Both the position numbers and the translations under genes were made by a program. The notes under the pieces are model-generated. The model saw nothing but the letters and a program-made list of their open reading frames with translations, did no database searches and was not told the DNA's origin. This document shows, in pieces, positions 54,520 through 64,000 of a stretch of 64,000 bases of DNA (within the stretch, counting starts at the first letter, position 1; every line of letters starts with the position of its first letter). The DNA lies in NCBI RefSeq assembly GCF_039654945.1, contig NW_027361696.1, positions 14,446,001-14,510,000 on the forward strand, given 5' to 3'. Source of the stretch: Dendrobates tinctorius (taxonomy: Eukaryota).

Positions 54520-55949
54520 TTAATGTGAAAGTGACAAAGGCGCACTAAAAAGGTAAAGCTACAGCTTAGACTAGTGCTGGGGTCTCCAGACACATCCACA
54601 AGAGCAGACATGGCGCCCGACCGCAGGTTGGGGGGATCACAGGCATCTTATATGTGCGGCCCCTGATAATACACAATAACCACAGCACAAAAAAAAAAAA
54701 AAAAAAACAGACATCACAAGAAAACAAAAAATGTAAAAACCGTCGCGAATCTGTATCCGATTCATACGAGACCCCAGAACTGGTCACTAAGAACTCATTA
54801 CCACCTCGTTATGGGTGGGGGATGGTAGAACAACACTGAGCATCTGAAACACGACCCCATCTAATCACGGAGCATACTGCTCGTGCGAGCGGACGGCTGG
54901 CCGGCGATGCCCCAGACAGGCGTCAGACGCCCAGCAGTGCCTCAGACAGGCATCAGACGCCTCACCCTGCGATCGCCCCTGTCGCTCACTAATAATGGCA
55001 GACGACACAATCTGCCCGGGCACGTCAGGTACAGCCATGAGAAACAAGCCAGAGCTGCACTGGATCCGTAGCGCTGGGACCTTCCCAGCAGAGCAGGCAG
55101 GAGACACTGGGACTGCTCTACAAGGATCCATATAACACGGCCGAGCTCCATCCGCCAATAGATTGTGGGCCCACCATACCTACAGGCGGTGCATGGAGAG
55201 AGGTCACACATGCTCACTGCCGCTCCGGACACACAGGGGACATGGGGGGGGGGGGGGGGGGGGGGGGGGGCTGTCATACACTTTGAGGTCTCAGCAAATC
55301 ACTCTGATCATCTATGCCAAAGCTGTGGTGTAAGTTTGTGAGACAACCAATTTAATGGAAGTCATGGCTAACAGCCGTACAACAGTGCCAATATTCCATG
55401 ATGCTCTGCAAGACACAGAAGTCATCTCTTACAGGCCTCAGTGAGGGTCACAGCCAGAACAGTGGCCGTGTCTGATGTAAGGAGACACCATACCGCAGGA
55501 CACTACCAAAACAGCCGCAGGGCCGTGTTGTGCTGCGGACAATCACCCTGGTTTGGTCAAGTCACTGCACAGCTGCAGACAATCAGCGGTGTGTGAAGGG
55601 AGGCTGAGCCGCTTGTCAGGACGGTAATTAGCCCTGATGTTAATGAGAGTCCCAAGAATTCACAGCAAACAGAAGCTCGAAAGAGAGGCACAAACGAAGC
55701 CCCCCAGAGTATTGACACAATGACATGGACACCTCAATATCCCTACAACCCAGGGGATCTAATACAACAAGAAGCCCCACACACGGGGGCCTCATACACC
55801 GCGCTGGACAAGTCTAGGAAGGTGGGAAAACCAAAGTGAGAAGATGATTCTCAAACAAAGTAACACTCAGCAATTACCAGAAAGTAAAGAGAAGGAAGAA
55901 ATTACAAATCTAAATTCCATTGGTAGCCGGTGACCGCCCGTCACCTCCT

Positions 55950-57120
55950 TCACCCCCCCCCCACTACACACTGAGGGGGCACCCGGCCCGCTCCCCCCAC
56001 TACACACTGAGGGGGCACCCGGCCCGCTCCCCCACACTACACACTGAGGGGGCACCCGGCCCGCTCCCCCACACTACACACTGAGGGGGCACCCGGCCCG
56101 CTCCCCCACACTACACACTGAGGGGGCACCCGGCCCGCTCCCCCACACTACACACTGAGGGGGCACCCGGCCCGCTCCCCCACACTACACACTGAGGGGG
56201 CACCCGGCCCGCTCCCCCACACTACACACTGAGGGGGCACCCGGCCCGCTCCCCCACACTACACACTGAGGGGGCACCCGGCCCGCTCCCCCCCACTACA
56301 CACTGAGGGGGCACCCGGCCCGCTCCCCCCCACTACACACTGAGGGGGCACCCGGCCCGCTCCCCCCCACTACACACTGAGGGGGCACCCGGCCCGCTCC
56401 CCCCCACTACACACTGAGGGGGCACCCGGCCCGCTCCCCCCCACTACACACTGAGGGGGCACCCGGCCCGCTCCCCCCCACTACACACTGAGGGGGCACC
56501 CGGCCCGCTCCCCCCCACTACACACTGAGGGGGCACCCGGCCCGCTCCCCCCCACTACACACTGAGGGGGCACCCGGCCCGCTCCCCCCCACTACACACT
56601 GAGGGGGCACCCGGCCCGCTCCCCCCCACTACACACTGAGGGGGCACCCGGCCCGCTCCCCCCCACTACACACTGAGGGGGCACCCGGCCCGCTCCCCCC
56701 CACTACACACTGAGGGGGCACCCGGCCCGCTCCCCCCCACTACACACTGAGGGGGCACCCGGCCCGCTCCCCCCCACTACACACTGAGGGGGCACCCGGC
56801 CCGCTCCCCCTCACTACACACTGAGGGGGCACCCGGCCCGCTCCCCCCCACTACACATTGAGGGGGCACCCGGCCCGCTCCCCCCCACTACACACTGAGG
56901 GGGCACCCGGCCCGCTCCCCCCACACTACACACTGAGGGGGCACCCGGCCCGCTCCCCCCCACTACACACTGAGGGGGCACCCGGCCCGCTCCCCCCCAC
57001 TACACACTGAGGGGGCACCCGGCCCGCTCCCCCCCACTACACACTGAGGGGGCACCCGGCCCGCTCCCCCCCACTACACACTGAGGGGGCACCCGGCCCG
57101 CTCCCCCACTACACACTGAT
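55950..57120. repeat. 37-38-bp GC-rich minisatellite in FBXO42 intron 1
   Basis: CACTACACACTGAGGGGGCACCCGGCCCGCTCCCCCC, about 30 near-identical copies. Confidence 0.97.
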
Positions 57121-57278
57121 GGGTACCAAGCCCGCTGCCCCACCACCACTACACACTGGCCTAATGGCCACAGTGATGAGGAGACGGTCAGCATGGATGA
57201 GACAGCAGTGAGATGACACCTAGACCCGGAGCGAACGGCACAGAGGATGAGAGGTCGATAACAACACTCAGCTCTCAC

Positions 57279-57420
57279 CCGGCGAGGCCGGTTCTCCCCG
57301 TTCACGGAGCCGCCATCTTCACAAGCACCGACAGAAGAGTAAGGGTCCGAGCGGCCGGGGGCGCGCACGTATAGGACGAAGATCACACGCACGTAGTACG
57401 CGCACGACACAAGCCACTCC
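57279..57420 (-). promoter_or_regulatory. FBXO42: FBXO42 non-coding exon 1 and CpG-rich promoter with a YY1-type motif
   Basis: Donor CGG|GTGAGA at 57279/57278; AAGATGGCGGC at 57319-57309; CpG-dense; TSS position uncertain. Confidence 0.65.
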
Positions 57421-57569
57421 AGTCCAGACGACATGATGAGAAGGTCATTCTCCTAGAGCGCAGGCGCAGTGCAACTGTCCCTGTCCCGACCGAGACGCCA
57501 TATTAGGAAAGGAAGAGACGAAAACGGGAGGCAGGCAGAGAAACAGAACTGAAAACATCCTGTACCGAC

Positions 57570-58320
57570 CGCACAGTAGCCATAACAAGGCCCCCGACAT
57601 ATTCACAGTGCCCTCGACATATTCACAGTGACCCCATAATAACAGCCACAGTGCCCCCATAATATCAGCCACAGTGCCCCCGACATATCCACAGTGCCCC
57701 CATAATAACAGTCACAGTACCCCGACATATCCACAGTGACCCCATAATAACAGCCACAGTGCCCCCGACATATCCACAGTGCCCCCATAATAACAGTCAC
57801 AGTACCCCGACATATTCACAGTGAACCCATAATAACAGCCACAGTGCCCCCATAATAACATGCACAGTACACCCACAGTGCCCCCATAATAACCACAGTA
57901 CCCCATAATAACAGCCACAGTACCCCGACATATCCACAGTGCCCCCATAATGGCAGCCACAGTACCCCCGACATATCCACAGTGCACCCATAATAACAGT
58001 CGCAGTACCCCGACATATTCACAGTGAACCCATAATAACAGCCACAGTGCCCCCATAATAACATGCACAGTACACCCACAGTGCCCCCATAATAACCACA
58101 GTACCGCATAATAACAGCCACAGTACCCCGACATATCCACAGTGCCCCCATAATGACAGCCACAGTGCCACCGACATATTCACAGTGACCCCATAATAAC
58201 AGCCACAGTACCCCTGACTTATTCACAGTGCCCCCATATTAACAGCCACAGTACCCCTGACTTATTTACAGTGCCCCCATATTGACAGCCACAGTACCCC
58301 CATAATAACAGCCACAGTGC
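57570..58320. repeat. Composite ~20-23-bp minisatellite (CACAGTGCCCCCATAATAACAGC / CACAGTACCCCGACATATT)
   Basis: Direct repeat. Confidence 0.9.
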
Positions 58321-58404
58321 CCTCCGCATAGCCTCAGTGACGTCCCTGGCTGACCTGAGGTGAACTGATGAGCGTGGGAAAAAGTTCAGAAACTTTCCCA
58401 CGCT

Positions 58405-59883
58405 CAGGCTGGTTTCACATTAGCGTTTTTGTACGCAGCGCATAGTGCGCATCCGTGCACATGCATCATGCGTACCTATGTCTAACATGGCGTACACATA
58501 GTCTTGCGTTTGCATGCGTTCATCTGCGTTTTCGTGCGCAAGTGCGCATGCGTTTTTTCCAGGTGTGTGTCTAGACGCGCCGGATGCAACATGTTACATT
58601 TTTGGGTCCGCCCAAAGGCGTCAAAAAAATGCAGGCGTACGCTTGCATACGGAATGCGTCAAAACGACGCATTACAGTCTATGGGAATGCAGGCATGCGC
58701 ATGGCCATGCGTACGCCTGCATTTGCATATGCATGCGTTTTAAGAGTAAACATGTCTAGAAACCGGTTAAAGCGCATGCGCACAAAGAACGCAAACGCAT
58801 GCCAGGGAGGCTGCGCAGAGATTAATTCATTCTGGCAGTGGTTTACAGTGGGCTGGTCGCATTAGCACCGGTCCCATTGTAAACCAGTTAACCCCTTCTG
58901 ATGGATTGCAGCTGGGGGACTTGACTGACCAGCGGAGAGGTAAGTATATTGTTGCTTTTTTGTTTTATTTTTTTTACAGGACCATGGTTTTTTTTATCGA
59001 TTAGCTGAGGAATCAATTTTGTCAAAAACTTGGTGTCTTTATTTCATTAAAATAATTTTAAAGTAATGTCTGTGTGTTTTTTTAACCCTTTACTAGTCTA
59101 GGGTTAATAATGGAGAGGTGTCTTATTGACACCTCTCCATTATTTACCCAGCTTAATGTGGGGTGTCTGGGGGTGTCCAGATGGGGTGTCTGGGGGCAGA
59201 TTTTTGTAGCCGGGGGGGGGCAAAAACAATGGTCCCTTTCAAGGCTATTAATATCTGCCCTCACTTATCGGCTTTCCCTCTCTGGCTGAGAATTTACAGC
59301 GGGAGCGCACACATTTTTTTTTCCTCAATGAATTAAAACCTTAATTTAACACCTACATGTCCCAGATTTTACACACAAACCCTAATCTAATTATTAGTCA
59401 AACGCATATAAAATAATAAATGAAATTAAATGGTTTACTGTATGTAAACCATGTGTCATTTCATGTCGGGTTTTGGAATGATTTTACAGAAGCTGGCAAT
59501 TGATTTAGCGGCTATTCTGCTATGTAGAACTCTATGAAATATTAATATATACTGTATATATATATGTGTCTCAATGACATGTATAATTATACTGTATATA
59601 TATATATATATATGTATTTTATGTGTCTATATCCTTTCGTTTGTGTTTTAACCTGTCATTGCGCTCCATTATATGTCCATTTTGCATGCCAGCGAGAAAA
59701 TCTCGGCATACGGATGCAATATGGATGTCATGTGGATGTCATACGGATGGTTACTTGTGCAAAAAACGCAGCCACACCTTGACAACGGATGACATACGGA
59801 TCACTGTTCAGGGAACATTTCTGCGTATTCCGACCTTAAAATACGGACCGTATTTTTATACTTTGTGTCTGACCCCAGCCTAA
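58405..59883. mobile_element. Non-autonomous DNA transposon(s), Harbinger-like, probably composite
   Basis: Ends GGCTGGTTTCACA ... TGACCCCAGCC+TAA; TGCGT/ACGCA palindromic interior. Confidence 0.4.
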
Positions 59884-60924
59884 TACTGCTCCTGTGACGC
59901 TAGTCACTTCTCATGGCCAAGCCGTGAGTCAGAGTGGTCAAGGAGTCCAAGGTCAGAAGCCAGGAGAGTAGGTTCTGAGATCAGAGTACCGTGAGGATAA
60001 CGGAACAGAGCTGAAGGGGGTTAAACAGGTGGATTGTCAGAATAAAGGCAACAGATCAAGCATATAGAAGTCAAGGCACCGAAGCGCACAAAGCACAAAC
60101 CTCACAGGATGAATGTACGTCTGGCAGTGGTCTGTGAAACTCAGCTCAGTTAAGAAGCATGGCCATTAATTGGAATAATGAACATGAGACAGCCGACACC
60201 CCGCAGTCATGGATTGGCTAGCTGAGCTGTCAATAAACACACCGCAAGGGTTAAATGAGAATTTTAGGTTTGGGGCTTTTTGTGAATCTGGGTATTATGA
60301 TGTTTTAACCCCTTAACGACCGCCGATACGCCTTTTAACGGCGGTAATTAAGGGTACTGAAACCACAGCGCCGATAATTCACGGTGCTGTGGAGTAAGTA
60401 AATAGCGCCCCCCGTGTCGGATTTTCTCCGGGGTCTCGGCTGCAGGGGGTAGCCGAGACCCCAGAGAACATGAATCGGATCGGTTTTTACCGACCCCACT
60501 TTTGCAATCGCCGTTATTAACTCTATAATGGCGACCGCAAAAAAAAACAAACGCGATTTTACATTTAATTTCTCTTTCCTCTGATGTGATTGCACATCAG
60601 AAGAGAGAGAAATAAGGTCCCCGATCTCCCCCCCTGTACCTCCCGGTGGTCCTCTGTCCCCTCCCGGTGGTCCTGCATCCCTGCGGCTTCCTCCGGTGGG
60701 CGCCGCCATCTTGGATCCGGAGAAAATGGCGGGCGCATGCGCAGTGTGCCCGCCGGGAATCTGCAGGCTCCGGCTGGCAGATTCCATTCATTTTGATCAC
60801 TATAATAAACTATCATAGAGATCAAAATAAAAAAATAGTACATAACCCCCCGTTTATCACCCCCTTAGTTAGGCAAACATAACGAAATAAAGAAAATATT
60901 TATTTATTTTTTTTCATTTTTCCA

Positions 60925-61100
60925 TTAGGGCTAGGGATAGAATTAGGGTTAGGGTTAGGGTTGGAATTAGGGTTAGGGCTAGGATTAGGGCTAGGGTTAG
61001 AATTAGCGTTAGGGCGAATTAGGATTAGGGTTAGGATTAGGGTTGGGATTAGGGTTAGCATTGGGATTAGGGTTACGGGTGTGTTGGGGTTAGGGTTGGT
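60925..61100 (+). repeat. Degenerate (TTAGGG)n-like tract
   Basis: TTAGGG, TTAGGA, CTAGGG and TTGGGA hexamers. Confidence 0.85.
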
Positions 61101-61374
61101 GCAAGAATTGAGGGGTTTCCACTATTTACCAACTTTGGGGGTCTAATTTCTCCTGTTACCCTTGGGAAAATAAAAAAATTGGGGGCTAAAAAAAAAATCA
61201 CTTTTTTTATTTTCACGGCTCTGCGTTATAAACTTCTGTGAAGCACTTGAGGGTTCAAAGTGCTCACCACACATCTAGATCAGCTCCTTGGGGGGTCTAG
61301 TTTCCAAAATGTCACTTGTGGGGGGTTTATACTGTTTAGGCACATCAGGGGCTCTGCAAACGCAAAATGACGCC

Positions 61375-62206
61375 TGTTATGAATGGGTCACTGAGGAGAA
61401 AAAAGCAAAACAAGCTAAGCCACAGAAAACCAGAGTGGTTGGTAACTATGCAGATTACAGATCCCTGATGTTACCACACAACTAGCAGTAGCCGTGGAGC
61501 GTGCCTACGATGAACCTAGACACCTCGTCACGGCCGGAGGACTACATAAGCCTAAAGCAAGAAAAGGGAAAACTAACTGCCCCAGAGCAGACCCCAAAGG
61601 AATAGACAGCCCCCACACATGTATTGACGGTGAAACAAGATGAAGGCACAAACACAGGCAGGAAAATAGGCTGAGCAAACGATGGGGCCCAAACTAACTA
61701 GACAGGAAAGGAAAGGGAAGACACTGTCTGCAACCTGCAAAAAACCCTACAAAAATAATGTCCAACACTTCTGACAGCAAAATTAACCCTGAAGTCACTA
61801 GAGTTCTCCCACTATATCAGCACTCTGAAAGATTCTGAGACAGAACAAAAAGAGACCGAACTAGTAAGGGACAAAAAGCCAATTGGCAAAATACTGATAA
61901 ATAAGACCACACAAAAAACTGAATAGACCAACAAAATCAAGTGTGAACATTAGCAAAAAAGCTTAGCTTTAGATGACTGGAACAGAGCTGAAAACCAAGA
62001 GCTGACAAGCCAGAAGGAATCACCAGCAACTGAATAGGGCGTCGGCTGTCTTAAATCCAATCTGAGAATCCTGAGATCCAATCGTCATCCTCATTCTCAG
62101 GTGGCAGATCTCCACCGATCAAACCAGCTGCACCACCTCCCGTCACCACCAGAGGGAGCCAGAAGGGGAACTCACAACTGGTGAACCAGAGAATGAACTC
62201 ACAACA
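61375..62206. mobile_element. Solo LTR (832 bp)
   Basis: TGTTATG...CACAACA termini; 6-bp TSD GACGCC (61369-61374 and 62207-62212); interrupts one 364-bp unit. Confidence 0.85.
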
Positions 62207-64000
62207 GACGCCCACAGAACATTCCATCAAAGTCTGCATTCCAAAATGGTGCTCCTTCCCTTCCGAGCTCTCCCATGCGCCCAAACAGTGGTACCCCCAC
62301 ATATGGGGTATCAGCGTACTCAGGACAAATTGCACAACAACTTTTTTGGTCCTATTTCTCCTGTTACCCTTAGGAAAATAAAAAATAGCGGGCGAAAAAA
62401 ATCATTTTTGAGGAAAAAAAATGATTTTTTTATTTTCACGGCTCTGCGTTTATTAACTTCTGTGAAGCACTTGGGGGTTCAAAGTGCTCACCACATATCT
62501 AGATAAGCTCCTTCGGGGGTCTAGTTTCCAAAATGGGGTCACTTGTGGGGGGTTTCTACTGTTTAGGCACATCAGGGGCTCTGCAAACGCAACATGATGC
62601 CCACAGAAAATTCCATCAAAGTCTGCATTCCAAAATGGTGCTCTTTCCCTTCCAAGCTCTCCCATGCACCCAAACAGTGATTTCTCCCCATATATGGGGT
62701 ATCAGCCTACTCAGGACAAATTGCACAACAACATTTGTGGTCCAATTTCTCCTCTTACCCTTAGGAAAATAAAAAATAGCAGGCGTTAAAATCATTTTTT
62801 CACGGCTCTGGGTTTATAAACTTCTGTGAAGCACTTGGGTGTTCAAAGTGCTCACCACATATCTAGATAAGCTCCTTCGGGGGTCTAGTTTCCAAAATGG
62901 GGTCACTTGTGGGGGGTTTCTACTGTTTAGGCACATCAGGGGCTCTGCAAACGCAACATGATGCCCACAGAAAATTCCATCAAAGTCTGCATTCCAAAAT
63001 GGTGCTCTTTCCCTTCCAAGCTCTCCCATGCACCCAAACAGTGATTTCTCCCCATATATGGGGTATCAGCCTACTCAGGACAAATTGCACAACAACATTT
63101 GTGGTCCAATTTCTCCTCTTACCCTTAAGAAAATAAAAAATAGCGGGCGTTAAAATCATTTTTTCACGGCTCTGGGTTTATAAACTTCTGTGAAGCACTT
63201 GGGTGTTCAAAGTGCTCACCACATATCTAGATAAGCTCCTTCGGGGGTCTAGTTTCCAAAATGGGGTCAATTGTGGGGGGTTTCTACTGTTTAGGCACAT
63301 CAGGGGCTCTGCAAACGCAACATGATGCCCACAGAAAATTCCATCAAAGTCTGCATTCCAAAATGGTGCTCTTTCCCTTCCGAGCTCTCCCATGCACCCA
63401 AACAGTGATTTCTCCCCATATATGGGGTATCAGCCTACTCAGGACAAATTGCACAACAACATTTGTGGTCCAATTTCTCCTCTTACCCTTAGGAAAATAA
63501 AAAATAGCGGGCATTAAAATCATTTTTTCACGGCTCTGGGTTTATAAACTTCTGTGAAGCACTTGGGGGTTCAAAGTGCTCACCACATATCTAGATAAGC
63601 TCCTTCAGGGGTCTAGTTTCCAAAATGGGGTCACTTGTGGGGAGTTTATACTGTTAGGCACATCAGTGGCTCTGCAAATGCAACATGACACCCGCAGACC
63701 ATTCCATCAAAGTTTGCATTCCAAAATGGCGTTCTTTCCCTATCGAGCTCTCCCATGCGCCCAAACAGTGGTTCCCCCCCACATATGGGGTATTAGCGTA
63801 CACAGGACAACTTGCACAACAACTTTTGTGGTCCAATTTTTCCTGTTACCCTTGATAAAATAAAGCATAGCGGGTTAAAAAATCATTTTTGAAGAAAAAA
63901 AAGTTATTTTTTTATTTTCACTGCGCTGCGTTATAAACTTCTGTGAAGCTCTTGGGGGTTCAAAGTGCTCACCACACATCTAGATAAGTTTCTTCAGGGG
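62207..64000. repeat. ~364-bp tandem repeat (about 5 units; first unit begins near 61130)
   Basis: Near-identical ORFs at 62533, 62897 and 63261 (period 364). Confidence 0.95.

Larger units (their letters stand above)
60309..64000. mobile_element. Large non-autonomous piggyBac-like element carrying telomere-like and 364-bp internal repeats; runs off the window
   Basis: TTAA|CCCCTTAACGACC left terminus; no transposase seen; right end not in the window. Confidence 0.6.

Noticed and set aside
55244-55270. Poly-G run of about 27 nt in FBXO42 intron 1
   Set aside because: Simple homopolymer, possibly inflated by sequencing error; no supporting structure.
60925-61100. True telomere or chromosome-fusion scar
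   Set aside because: Short, degenerate, single orientation and embedded in a transposon-like element.

Overview
Vertebrate genomic DNA, most likely from a frog (anuran), judging by the Tc1, L2, CR1, Harbinger-like and piggyBac-like repeats and the abundant minisatellites. Four host genes can be read. (1) FBXO42, minus strand: 9 coding exons at 54486-45092 (710 aa) plus a probable non-coding exon 1 near 57.3 kb. (2) CPLANE2/RSG1, minus strand: 5 exons at 41764-39074 (266 aa); its last intron is a U12-type minor intron. (3) An intronless, divergent claudin-8/17-like gene on the plus strand at 19550-20266. (4) Two 5' coding exons of an ANO7-like anoctamin on the minus strand (7293-7168 and 7091-6983), hidden between minisatellites; the gene continues beyond the left edge of the window. 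The order FBXO42-CPLANE2-ANO7-like matches human 1p36.13, where that slot holds the pseudogene ANO7L1; the claudin is an extra gene in this block. The rest is at least eight minisatellite arrays and nested mobile elements: several Tc1 copies, a near-complete L2 ORF2 with a 2A-like peptide, a Penelope-like inverted repeat with a hammerhead core, hAT/Harbinger/piggyBac-type MITEs and solo LTRs. Most long ORFs in the ORF track are artefacts of these repeats.
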